In this document: positions 53,760-62,739 of the stretch, piece by piece
How positions within the stretch are numbered: the first letter of the stretch is position 1
How the letters are laid out: each line of letters begins with the position of its first letter
Assembly: GCA_963674595.2 (NCBI GenBank)
Contig: CAXXFV010000009.1
Coordinates: forward strand, 64,001 to 128,000
Direction of reading: 5' to 3'
Length of the DNA stretch: 64,000 nt
DNA from: a bacterium
GTDB lineage: Bacteria; Zhuqueibacterota; Zhuqueibacteria; Residuimicrobiales; Krinioviventaceae
Notes under the pieces: generated by a model
What the model saw: the letters and a program-made list of their open reading frames with translations, nothing else
What the model was told of the DNA's origin: nothing
The model's database searches: none
Made by a program: the position numbers and the translations under genes

Positions 53760-54509
53760 TTGAGTATTCTAGCCTATCATATGGTTGATGATCGATTTGA
53801 CTGGGGTGTTACCAAGGTAACACCCCGTCAATTCGAAAAGCAAATAAAAACCGCTCTGGAAGCGGGGTTCAGGTTCTTTAATCTTGAAGATTATTTTAAA
53901 GAAAATGGACCCAAAAAAGTGGCCATCACATTTGATGATGGTTACGAATCTGTTTATCAATATGCTTTTCCAATTTTGAAAAAGTATGGGGTGACGGCGA
54001 CGGTGTTTGTAATACCCGGCTATTGCGGGCAATTTAACACCTGGGATGTTAATATTGGCGGTATCAGGTTTAAACACCTCTCCTGGCAGCAGATAAAAGA
54101 TTTAAAATCAGCAGGGTGGGAGATTGGTTCGCATTCGTTTTTACACCGGGATTTGTCAGTTCTAAGTACGGATCAGTTATTTAAAGACTTGCTTTCGGCA
54201 GAAAAAATTCTTAAATATCATATTAGTGATTTTAGTTCAGTTATTTCTTATCCATTTGGAAATACAAACGAAAAAGTGATTCAGGTTTGTAAACAACTGG
54301 GTTTTAAAAATGGTGTTGTTATGGGCAGGGTATCCAAAAATTGGGACCCGTGCTTTTCACAAACCCGTTTAGGCGTTTATTTGCTTGATACCGAGTTCAC
54401 TTTTTTGAATAAACTTAATCACCATAATTGGCTTTTTCATAATATGCAAAAAGTTATGGACTTTTGTTCTGATGGTTCTGTTATTGTGAAAAAACGATCC
54501 TGGTACTAA
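53760..54509 (+). CDS. Polysaccharide deacetylase (NodB/CE4)
   Basis: ILAYH, ITFDDGY, IGSHSFLH, SYPFG. Confidence 0.88.
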   Translation: MSILAYHMVDDRFDWGVTKVTPRQFEKQIKTALEAGFRFFNLEDYFKENGPKKVAITFDDGYESVYQYAFPILKKYGVTATVFVIPGYCGQFNTWDVNIGGIRFKHLSWQQIKDLKSAGWEIGSHSFLHRDLSVLSTDQLFKDLLSAEKILKYHISDFSSVISYPFGNTNEKVIQVCKQLGFKNGVVMGRVSKNWDPCFSQTRLGVYLLDTEFTFLNKLNHHNWLFHNMQKVMDFCSDGSVIVKKRSWY

Positions 54510-54589
54510 AAAATAATACTTGATTCTTGCAACAATTATCTTTATTTTATAATCTTGATAAAGCGGAGAAGACTCCACCTAGGAAACGG

Positions 54590-54952
54590 ATGGAAGATAA
54601 CTCTATTAAACGGCTTTATTATTCCATTGCTCAAGTTAGTAAAATTACCGGATTAAAACAGTATGTTTTAAGATACTGGGAAACAGAGTTTACAGAGCTC
54701 AAACCGGCAAAAAACAGAGCAGGAAAACGCATTTATAAAGAAAAAGATATCAAAATCATTTTTCTTATAAAGCGGCTACTTTATCAGGAAAAATATACCA
54801 TTGAAGGTGCGCGTAAAAGATTACGTAATATAAAACGTAATAAAGACACTCACCAACAGCTTTCATTGCTGGAATTGGAAAAAATTGATGTTTTGGAGCA
54901 GGTTAAAAATGAGTTAAAAGAGCTCCTTGACATTTTAGACAATAAAAAATAG
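54590..54952 (+). CDS. MerR-family HTH regulator
   Basis: YYSI..V......YVLRYWETEF..LKP.K...G.R.Y; LLY...YTIEGAR; followed by tRNA-Pro. Confidence 0.9.
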   Translation: MEDNSIKRLYYSIAQVSKITGLKQYVLRYWETEFTELKPAKNRAGKRIYKEKDIKIIFLIKRLLYQEKYTIEGARKRLRNIKRNKDTHQQLSLLELEKIDVLEQVKNELKELLDILDNKK

Positions 54953-54954
54953 TT

Positions 54955-55029
54955 CGGGGCGTAGCGCAGCCCGGTTAGCGCACTTGACTGGGGGTCAAGG
55001 GGTCGGAAGTTCAAATCTTCTCGCCCCGA
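54955..55029 (+). tRNA. tRNA-Pro (GGG), CCA not encoded
   Basis: CGGGGCG/CGCCCCG acceptor stem, anticodon arm CTTGA-CTGGGGG-TCAAG, T-arm GTTCAAATC. Confidence 0.96.
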
Positions 55030-55057
55030 CTGTTTTATAAGCACTTAGACTGAGTGC

Positions 55058-55094
55058 TTGACCTTTGCCCAACGTTTGACCAAATATTGACCAA
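55058..55094. repeat. Phased direct repeats, candidate integrase arm-type sites
   Basis: TTGCCCAA 55065, TTGACCAA 55076 and TTGACCAA 55087 (11-bp period), plus TTGACC at 55058. Confidence 0.55.
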
Positions 55095-55119
55095 GTGTTG
55101 GGCATTTTTTTTGTTTTTA

Positions 55120-56286
55120 TCATTTTTCTTCTATAAATCCAATTTCATTCATCAACTTTAAGTTGGTAATTTCCGTATAATGGGTTTCAGTGGTTTCCAC
55201 GGATGAATGTCCCAAGGATTTTTGGACTGATTCAAGGGTTGCCCCACCTTCTAATAAATACGATCCGTATGATTTTCTATTATTATGAAACTTGCTTTCA
55301 ATCCCCAATTTTTTTAATGTTTTTTTAAATGATTTGCTTATAGAGTCATCTCTATTTATCTCAAAAAATAAATATCCATTCTCTGCTCTCTTGTAATAGT
55401 ATGGAAAGCAACTATGATTTCCTAATCTGACGAGTTCTCTAATTTTGTCGGCATCAGAAAGTATTTTTATTCTTTCATTTATCAGATCAAAAGCTTTAGG
55501 TCCCAGGGGAATGTTTCTAATATTGCTACCTTTTCCATGTAATTGTAAAAAGGGAAATGATTGGGATTGCACTTTAATAAAGACCAAGTCCTCTTTTTTT
55601 AATTTGAAAAGCTCGCCTCTTCTTGCACCTGTCCACAACGATAAATTAAACGTGTCTAATTTCCAACGTTGTAACTGATTGCTTAATTCATCTCTGATTA
55701 GGTTAATCTCCTCATCGGTATGAATTCGTTTTACAATTTTTGTTTGAAGTATTGATACCTTTTTAAAGTAATTTGCTTGAATGTAATTTTTTTCGAGGGC
55801 ATAAGAAAAAGCTGACTTTAGATGTTTATGGTATGTATTAACTGTAAATTCCTTTTTTCCGTCTTCTTTTAAAAGATGTTTCTGATATTCCTTTATCAGA
55901 TTATCATCGATTCTATCAATAAAAAATTTTTTTCCGACAAATTTGAGAAAAGAAAGTAAAGCATAATAATCTGTTTCAAGGGTAGCTTTTGACAAGTTAC
56001 CAAGCTCGACTTCTCTTTCTCGATAAGTGAGATAATCTTGGGCAAATTTTTCCAGTTTAATTCGTTTTCGTACTATCTTTGAAAAATCGGCTAAATCAAA
56101 TGTTCCTAGCGCGATTCTGTCATTAATTTTTTCAACAAGGTCTTTTGCAGCTTCTGGAGAGCATCTTTTTGTTATAGTTTTACAAGAATTGTCTTCATAA
56201 TAAATTCTAATAACAGGATATTTTCGATCAAGTCGCAATGTTGCTCTTGTCGGTTTATTTTCTTTTTCTAATTCTTTTTTCGTCAT
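55120..56286 (-). CDS. Tyrosine recombinase / phage integrase
   Basis: TGARRGE (R), KG (K), HNNR (HxxR), LGH, TETHY (Y). Confidence 0.93.
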   Translation of the reverse strand: MTKKELEKENKPTRATLRLDRKYPVIRIYYEDNSCKTITKRCSPEAAKDLVEKINDRIALGTFDLADFSKIVRKRIKLEKFAQDYLTYREREVELGNLSKATLETDYYALLSFLKFVGKKFFIDRIDDNLIKEYQKHLLKEDGKKEFTVNTYHKHLKSAFSYALEKNYIQANYFKKVSILQTKIVKRIHTDEEINLIRDELSNQLQRWKLDTFNLSLWTGARRGELFKLKKEDLVFIKVQSQSFPFLQLHGKGSNIRNIPLGPKAFDLINERIKILSDADKIRELVRLGNHSCFPYYYKRAENGYLFFEINRDDSISKSFKKTLKKLGIESKFHNNRKSYGSYLLEGGATLESVQKSLGHSSVETTETHYTEITNLKLMNEIGFIEEK

Positions 56287-56492
56287 ATTAGTAAAATCTA
56301 TTTTTCTGTTCTTTTAAATTACTAGTTTCTTTGTAATAATAAATTCCGATTAGATATTCTGGTAAGTGCAGCTAAAAGTGAATTAAATTGTTTCTTATTG
56401 AGCATTATCAATAAAATGGATTCTGCACAAATATAGATGTACATGAAAAGTAATTAACTTTTTCATGCCCGCCCTCGCGAATTTGTTTTAAT

Positions 56493-57197
56493 TTAATATG
56501 TGTTTATTGATTGAACTACCCTGAAGATAGCAACCTCCGGGTCCTTGGGGATTAAAAGTGGGGGTGTTTTACCTATTCCATGCAATATAATCATGTCATT
56601 TTGTTCGTGATAATAACCTACATAGTTTTTATCATTATATTTTACTGCTGATATATCCCCTTCCTTTAACGTCTGATCCGGGTCTGCAACTACAGATGAA
56701 CCCTTTTTAACAACATCTCCCATTGAATCGTCCTGCATTTCTACTGCAAACAACATTTCGTTTTCTCCAGTGTAAGTCGTCATTACCGTCCCAATTCGTA
56801 AATTAACAAATTGTTGTTTCAGGTTTTGCCTTGTGGTTGGCACTTCCCTAAGTAATGGGATATATTGCAAACGACGTACCATATCCGGAGTTAATCCCAA
56901 CATCTTGATTACAGCTTCATCTTTCTCTGTTAGAGGTATCGGCTTATACAAATTTGAAGAAGGTGTTTCGTTTTTGAAAAAAGTTACTTTATCACCTTCA
57001 AAAGTAGTTTTTCTATTTGCACCTTCAGCAATTTTTCTAGCAATAGCTCTCTGTGATGTAGGTCTATCTAATGACAAAATTCTATAAATAGTCCCAACAG
57101 CGACACCAGCTTTATTTGCTAATTCCTCAGGAGATAAACCATCTTCATTAAGAATTTTCTCTATTTCAGTTTTTAATATTTTAGTATTTATTTTCAT
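56493..57197 (-). CDS. CI-like repressor: XRE HTH plus degenerate S24 domain
   Basis: LS.EELA.KAGV..GTIYRI HTH; IPLL, FAVEMQDDSM, G..VVADP. Confidence 0.8.
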   Translation of the reverse strand: MKINTKILKTEIEKILNEDGLSPEELANKAGVAVGTIYRILSLDRPTSQRAIARKIAEGANRKTTFEGDKVTFFKNETPSSNLYKPIPLTEKDEAVIKMLGLTPDMVRRLQYIPLLREVPTTRQNLKQQFVNLRIGTVMTTYTGENEMLFAVEMQDDSMGDVVKKGSSVVADPDQTLKEGDISAVKYNDKNYVGYYHEQNDMIILHGIGKTPPLLIPKDPEVAIFRVVQSINTY

Positions 57198-57275
57198 AAC
57201 TTTTTAAATTAGTATAAATATTTTGAATAAAAATATCCATAAATTGCTATTTGTTGTATTTTTGTAAAAATATTC

Positions 57276-57304
57276 TTGACAAAGTTCTCAAAAATTATTA
57301 TAAT
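57276..57304 (+). promoter_or_regulatory. Perfect-consensus sigma70 early (PR-like) promoter
   Basis: TTGACA-N17-TATAAT. Confidence 0.85.
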
Positions 57305-57352
57305 TGAAAAGATTTTATAAGAAATAATAACTTATGAGAATGAGGTGGTTAA

Positions 57353-57538
57353 GTGGAAACAAAAACAATGAAAATTAACCGTAAAAATCATCAAGAACTT
57401 AAAATTCGTTCTGCAATTGGCAATGTTGGAATTAATAGTCTTGTGAATGAATATCTCGAAAGAGTCTTGTTCGGTTATGAACCTAGAGAATCAACAAATT
57501 CTGAGTTTAGTTCAAAAAGTAGTGAATATTCTCAATAG
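57353..57538 (+). CDS. Small DNA-binding protein in Cro position, ribbon-helix-helix-like
   Basis: GAGGTG RBS; KTMKI...HQELKI.SA......SLVNEYL. Confidence 0.6.
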   Translation: METKTMKINRKNHQELKIRSAIGNVGINSLVNEYLERVLFGYEPRESTNSEFSSKSSEYSQ

Positions 57539-57545
57539 CTAATTA

Positions 57546-57782
57546 ATGGATTTCAATATGTCAATAATTAACATTAGACGCGATCCAGACCAAACTGCCC
57601 TTTTAAACGCAATAAATGAGCTTGGTCAAGCCGGGATAAATGATTTGCAATCATACGTCAAACGACCTTTAAGTTATTTGAAAATCCGACTAAATGAACT
57701 GGTTAACCAGGGCGAAATCCAAACCAAAGAACAGAATAGCATATTATACTTTTGTTCCATTTGTGCCGAGGAAACAGTATGA
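57546..57782 (+). CDS. Small winged-helix-like protein
   Basis: LLNAI..LG.A...DL......SYLK.RLNELV.QG.I. Confidence 0.55.
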   Translation: MDFNMSIINIRRDPDQTALLNAINELGQAGINDLQSYVKRPLSYLKIRLNELVNQGEIQTKEQNSILYFCSICAEETV

Positions 57783-58051
57783 AAACTTTGAAGACATGGC
57801 AACAAGTTTCTAAACAGGACCTTTTGACGTTTACTGATTTAGCTGTTTATATACGCGGGATAAGCGCCCGTAAATTGCAGGATATGAGAAATGCCGGGCG
57901 GTTGCCTTCTCAGATATTACCTGGATTATGGTCAAAATACCATATAGATCGATGGCTTGCAAAACCGGAATATCCCTACGATGAAGAGGTAACTGATCTC
58001 CCGGAAATGGGAAAAACAGCTCTCAGATTGGAAAGGGCTTTAAGTGTATAA
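57779..58051 (+). CDS. Excisionase/AlpA-like protein
   Basis: LLT..DLA.Y..GIS.RKL..M...GRLP....G.W....IDRWL. Confidence 0.7.
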   Translation: MKTLKTWQQVSKQDLLTFTDLAVYIRGISARKLQDMRNAGRLPSQILPGLWSKYHIDRWLAKPEYPYDEEVTDLPEMGKTALRLERALSV

Positions 58052-58128
58052 TGCCAAAGAACATTTTATTTTAACGGAATTACGGTGCTCCTGCCTGAAA
58101 ATCCGTGATCCCTGTTAAAATAGTATTT

Positions 58129-58407
58129 TCAGGTCAATTCAAATAAAAACCCCCTGGTCTGATGAGTCGCCAAACTATGCAAACCAGAGGGTGAAGGCAA
58201 AGAACTGCAAAGAGCCTGTTGAATATCAACATAAACACCAGAGCAGCCTTTGTAATTTAAGGTAGTGAAATTCTTATTTTTTAACAATGAAGAAATAAAG
58301 GCTTTCTCTAAAACATCTGCAGTCTCGAATATTATTAATAGATCGAAATTGATTTCAGAGATTGAGTTCTGAGTGTATTCAACGGGTTCTTTCCTATTTA
58401 TTTTCAT
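58129..58407 (-). CDS. Hypothetical protein antisense to the early operon
   Basis: GAGGT RBS before ATG 58407; fills an otherwise empty gap. Confidence 0.4.
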   Translation of the reverse strand: MKINRKEPVEYTQNSISEINFDLLIIFETADVLEKAFISSLLKNKNFTTLNYKGCSGVYVDIQQALCSSLPSPSGLHSLATHQTRGFLFELT

Positions 58408-58548
58408 GATTGACCTCATTTTTAAGAATTGACAATTAAATATACTATGGGAGAATGATTTTTACAATGGGCAGTACAATTAATTTTTACAAGAATTTGC
58501 AAAAATTAACGGTCAAGCTAAAAAACAATTGAAAGAGCGGGTAGAGAA

Positions 58549-58911
58549 ATGAAAGAACAACAATTTGAAAATATAGACACAATCTCAACCGTGGAGGAGA
58601 AATTGTTCCGATTTATTGCATCAGAAATTGATAACGCTATTGAAGATTGCATCTCACAGAACAGACAATTGACCAGGGAATGGTTCGCTCAGGAGGCAAA
58701 GATGACGATTGGGCGGTTGAACAATTTATGTAAAGGCGGACGGACGCCGATAGACGCCGGTGACTTTCGGATTATTTCAAATTTGATCAGACAAGCTAAT
58801 CGTTTAAGATGGCTTCGTATGGCCAGAAACATTATGGGTTGTGAAGATTTGTACCTGTATGATCATACCAGTAAACGCCGCAGAGACGGAAATCCTGATG
58901 ATGTATCATGA
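58549..58911 (+). CDS. Hypothetical phage protein, possible HTH
   Basis: 120-aa ORF; TREWFAQEAKMTIGRLNNLCKG resembles an XRE HTH. Confidence 0.55.
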   Translation: MKEQQFENIDTISTVEEKLFRFIASEIDNAIEDCISQNRQLTREWFAQEAKMTIGRLNNLCKGGRTPIDAGDFRIISNLIRQANRLRWLRMARNIMGCEDLYLYDHTSKRRRDGNPDDVS

Positions 58912-59161
58912 TGACATGTACACAAATCCGTTATTTGTAGCGCCTTTTGATGTTCCTGAAGAGGAAAAAATCGACACAAAAGCTTTTACTATTATTTGTC
59001 CTCATTGTGGTACTGTTGTGGACGGATATTTGGATTCTGAAATCGTGGAAAAAGTTCAATCCGGAGAAACAGACTCTATAACATGTCCTATCGGCTATTG
59101 TAAGAGGATGTTTGATATAGAGTATGACCCGGCATCAGGACTCTTTGAGACATGGATGTAA
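58898..59161 (+). CDS. Zinc-ribbon protein
   Basis: CPHC ... CPIGYC. Confidence 0.55.
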   Translation: MMYHDDMYTNPLFVAPFDVPEEEKIDTKAFTIICPHCGTVVDGYLDSEIVEKVQSGETDSITCPIGYCKRMFDIEYDPASGLFETWM

Positions 59162-59210
59162 AGTTTGGTACGGCCATGAAAAATGACATAAATATAATTG
59201 GAGATGAGAA

Positions 59211-59477
59211 ATGATAAAAGAAGTTCCTTCAAAAGAGAGGCAAGTCTCAGCAGCAAAAATGCTGATAGAGAATTTAAACATCGACATCACCATTGATCAT
59301 GATATTGTGTCTCTGGCACAGATCATTCTTGGTGGGAACAGTTCTATTGGAATGGTGGCATTACAAGGTGCTGTCAAAATAGCCTATTCCAATATGATAG
59401 TAAAAGAAGTACTTACGAATCAAATTATTGAGAATATGCAAATAGGATTTACAGATCAGGATAAATTAAATTTTTGA
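59211..59477 (+). CDS. Hypothetical phage protein
   Basis: GGAGA RBS, 88-aa ORF in operon. Confidence 0.55.
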   Translation: MIKEVPSKERQVSAAKMLIENLNIDITIDHDIVSLAQIILGGNSSIGMVALQGAVKIAYSNMIVKEVLTNQIIENMQIGFTDQDKLNF

Positions 59478-59485
59478 GGTGAATC

Positions 59486-60370
59486 ATGAATGGAAATGGA
59501 AATCAATCTCAAGTTGCTTTGGCAATAAAGTCAGACCAAAATAAAGAAGTGACTGTTCAGGAAAATTGTGAAATCGATCTGTATAATAACATTGCTGAGA
59601 ATCCTGTTACAGATCAGGTTCAACGAAAGTTGTCTGCTGAAATAGATAAAAACGATGTTGCCATCCGGCCAGACGGCATTATTTATTTGCCGGGTGTTTT
59701 TTACCGTAAAAGATTAATTGAAGCTTTTCATGCCGGTGGATGGGCTTTGTATAGCCGAAATATTTTTTATGACAAAAACATCAATCTTGTCTGTTATCAC
59801 GGGGTCTTGTTTGTTCTCGGACAGTTTATATCTGAAGCTGTCGGAGAACAGAAATACCATCCGAACAACAAGTCCATGACCTATGCCAGTGCTGTTGAAG
59901 GAGCCAAAACAGATTGTCTGACCCGATGTTGTAAAGATTTGGGAATCGCTACAGAACTGTGGTCTCCCAATTTTATCATGGAATGGAAGAATGAATTTGC
60001 TATCAGTGAATGGTATACAGATAAAAGAGATAATAATAAGGTTTTATTGTGGCGACGCAAAGACTATCCTCAATATGGCTGGCCCTATGAGATTTCAAAC
60101 AATAACACGCACGGTGAATCTGATAATAACAATCAACTTGATCAAAAATTAAAAACTGAACCATCCTTTGAGGACAAATGTAAAAATGCCAAAGAGTGGC
60201 TTTTTAAACAGACCGGCACGCATACCATTTATTTAAAAATGCTTGAGGACATGGGTGTGACCACAGCCCAAAAAATAGACAAGAAAAAACAAAACTTTTT
60301 TCTGCAAAAGTTAAAAGAGAGAATGCAACAGGTTCAACAAGAAAAAAAGGAGAGTGATCATGGAAAATGA
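59486..60370 (+). CDS. Mgm101/Rad52-like single-strand annealing protein
   Basis: I.PDG.IYLP..YR..L..AF.AGGW, GEQ.Y, EG.K...L.RCCKDLG...ELW.P.F. Confidence 0.85.
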   Translation: MNGNGNQSQVALAIKSDQNKEVTVQENCEIDLYNNIAENPVTDQVQRKLSAEIDKNDVAIRPDGIIYLPGVFYRKRLIEAFHAGGWALYSRNIFYDKNINLVCYHGVLFVLGQFISEAVGEQKYHPNNKSMTYASAVEGAKTDCLTRCCKDLGIATELWSPNFIMEWKNEFAISEWYTDKRDNNKVLLWRRKDYPQYGWPYEISNNNTHGESDNNNQLDQKLKTEPSFEDKCKNAKEWLFKQTGTHTIYLKMLEDMGVTTAQKIDKKKQNFFLQKLKERMQQVQQEKKESDHGK

Positions 60371-61076
60371 TTTTTTCGACAGCATTTTGAATGGTGGCCC
60401 TGATGTGATGGAAGCAGAAGCTTTACCGGAGTTGGCAGAGATTAATGATGCCATGATCATCTCAACATATAAAGACATTCGATTAACAGTTGTGGATATA
60501 ACCGTTGATGATGCTACTATTTTTGAGGTGACAGATTATACCGGGAAAATATCAAAGTTTATAAAATACCTTGAAACAGCTAAAAAAGAATCGGTAAAAG
60601 AATTAAAAGAACAGATAAAAACAAAAGAGCAGCCATTTAAGAACCTGATAGGCGAAGTTGATAAACTGAACAGCATGCTGCGTTCTAAACTTTTGGAATA
60701 TCAAAAGGGGAAAAAACGCAAAGAAGAGGAACGATTAAAAGCAGAACGAGCACAGCAAATCAAAGAGCTTGAACAAGCCAAAGAAGCGACGGGTGATGAA
60801 GAAACAAAACAGGCACTGGATAAAGCTGTCAAACATGTTGCCAGTCAGGAAATCGTCGCCAAATCATCCGTTCAATCCATTCAAGCGACATCAAGTGTTG
60901 TGACCTATTGGAAATACGACATAACAGATCCGGACCTGGTGTGCCAACATCACCCGGAATTGTGTGAACCGTCCCGTTCAAAAATTAACGCTCAAGTGCA
61001 AAAACTAAAAAAAGATGCTGTTGAGAAATTCAAAGGCATTAAGGTTTATTCAAAAGATGATATAAGAGTGAGGTAA
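60360..61076 (+). CDS. Coiled-coil phage recombination-module protein (Gam/Gp157-like, tentative)
   Basis: Long coiled coil, then W.Y.ITD...P....P..KI...KGIKVY tail; lies between SSAP and SSB. Confidence 0.55.
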   Translation: MENDFFDSILNGGPDVMEAEALPELAEINDAMIISTYKDIRLTVVDITVDDATIFEVTDYTGKISKFIKYLETAKKESVKELKEQIKTKEQPFKNLIGEVDKLNSMLRSKLLEYQKGKKRKEEERLKAERAQQIKELEQAKEATGDEETKQALDKAVKHVASQEIVAKSSVQSIQATSSVVTYWKYDITDPDLVCQHHPELCEPSRSKINAQVQKLKKDAVEKFKGIKVYSKDDIRVR

Positions 61077-61081
61077 TAAAA

Positions 61082-61492
61082 ATGGCATACAATAGTAAAG
61101 CAACATTAAACAAAGTCATGCTCATCGGTCGATTAGGTAAAGACCCGGAGATAAAATACACTCCTTCCGAGGTCGCTGTTATGACATTAAACATGGCAAC
61201 CAATACATCCTATAAATCCCAGGACGGAGAAATTGTCGAAAAAACAGAATGGCATCGTGTCGTTGTTTGGCGTAAAACAGCAGAAATGATTTCTCAATAT
61301 GCTAAAAAGGGTGATCTGGTTTATATCGAAGGCAAATTGGCCACTCGTTCCTGGGATGATAAAGATGGAAACAAGCAATATATGACTGAAATACAAGCAG
61401 AACAGGTACAGATTTTACAATTCAGTCAAACCTATGAACAGGAACAGCAAACAAATTTTCCTGATGAACCGGCAGATGATTTACCGTTTTAG
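61082..61492 (+). CDS. ssb: Single-stranded DNA-binding protein
   Basis: LNKV.LIGRLGKDPE, TEWHRVV, KG..VYIEGKL.TR.W, DDLPF tail. Confidence 0.95.
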   Translation: MAYNSKATLNKVMLIGRLGKDPEIKYTPSEVAVMTLNMATNTSYKSQDGEIVEKTEWHRVVVWRKTAEMISQYAKKGDLVYIEGKLATRSWDDKDGNKQYMTEIQAEQVQILQFSQTYEQEQQTNFPDEPADDLPF

Positions 61493-61584
61493 GATTTTTG
61501 GTTTGTTGCCATAGATGTAAAATCGGATACTGGTGAAATTAATAAAAAGAAAAAATCTTAATGTCTTATCATAGAGGTTGATAT

Positions 61585-62124
61585 ATGACTGAAAAAGATA
61601 GAGAATGTTTTTCAAAACTCATGTGGCAAATGGAAACGGTTGCTGTGAATAATAAACAACCATTGACAGTAGAGAAGATAGATTTTTATTTCAAGGTATT
61701 ACAGGACCTGAGTTTTAAGGAAATTGAAAAGAATGCTGTTTACTATTTTAGAAATAAAAATGCTCTTTTCCCATCACCGGCAGATTTACGGGGACAGGAT
61801 CCTCTTCAACAGCAAGCTCAGGTAGCCTGGAACCGGATTAAAATGTATCTTGACCATTTTTATGATCCATCCATTGGTTCCTGTATGATGACGGTAATAG
61901 AAAAACGAATGCAGAAAAACGGTGAAGGGCATTTATATCCACTTCTTGTGCAATGGGGACCTGAAATACGATCTACCACTGCCATAGCTGCCACACGTAA
62001 GCATTTTTTGGATGCTTATAAAAATAACAGCAAGGTGGAAGAGAAAAAGCAGTTTGCGACAGATACAATGTCCAGAGAATTAAAATGGAAAAAAATTGAA
62101 TTATCTAGTATCAATGAGAAATAG
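61585..62124 (+). CDS. Putative helicase loader/inhibitor-like phage protein (G39P/DUF6475-like)
   Basis: YF..L.DL....I......FPSPADLR...AW. Confidence 0.55.
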   Translation: MTEKDRECFSKLMWQMETVAVNNKQPLTVEKIDFYFKVLQDLSFKEIEKNAVYYFRNKNALFPSPADLRGQDPLQQQAQVAWNRIKMYLDHFYDPSIGSCMMTVIEKRMQKNGEGHLYPLLVQWGPEIRSTTAIAATRKHFLDAYKNNSKVEEKKQFATDTMSRELKWKKIELSSINEK

Positions 62125-62138
62125 AAAAGGAGTTTGAC

Positions 62139-62723
62139 ATGATTCGACTACAGAATAATATGATTACAGCTTTGGTAGAATCTCGAAAGACAGAAACCAT
62201 GTCGAATTTAAACAGATTTTGGGGTGCGGTTGATCCGGGTAATCCGGGTGGGATCAGTGTGTTTAACAGTATGGGATCAAAGGTTTGTTCAAAGAATTTA
62301 CCTTTTAAAGACACACAACAATACAGACTGTTACTGGAACAAATTAAAAAAGAGTACAACCTTGAATTTATCCTTCTGGAAGATTATAAACCGTTTATCG
62401 GCATAAAAAGAAAAAATTCTTATAAAGTATCAATTCAAATCCAGGTCTGTAAAGAAGTGTTCCCGGATCACATCCTGATCTTTCACACGCAGTGGAACCG
62501 GAATAAATGTAAAGATAAATTTAAACGACAATGGGCAAGGGATCTATTCGGAGAACAATTGCCAAATTCTCATCAGACGGATTCTGCGCTTATGGGAAAA
62601 CTGACTTTTGAAATTATTGATTCTGACACAAATGGTGGTGGATTTGTTGCCATGAAGCAGATGGCTTTTGAACAACTGCCATATCCGACTGTCAATCAAT
62701 TAAAACCATGGCTTGAACATTAA
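62139..62723 (+). CDS. RuvC-like (RNase H fold) nuclease, copy 1
   Basis: AVDPGNPGG (D), LLED (E), QW, HQTDSAL (D); AAGGAG RBS. Confidence 0.7.
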   Translation: MIRLQNNMITALVESRKTETMSNLNRFWGAVDPGNPGGISVFNSMGSKVCSKNLPFKDTQQYRLLLEQIKKEYNLEFILLEDYKPFIGIKRKNSYKVSIQIQVCKEVFPDHILIFHTQWNRNKCKDKFKRQWARDLFGEQLPNSHQTDSALMGKLTFEIIDSDTNGGGFVAMKQMAFEQLPYPTVNQLKPWLEH

Positions 62724-62739
62724 AATAAAAGGTGTGATT

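Noticed and set aside
56288-56466. Small ORFs between repressor and integrase
   Set aside because: Only 23-40 aa ORFs with no motif; cannot be supported
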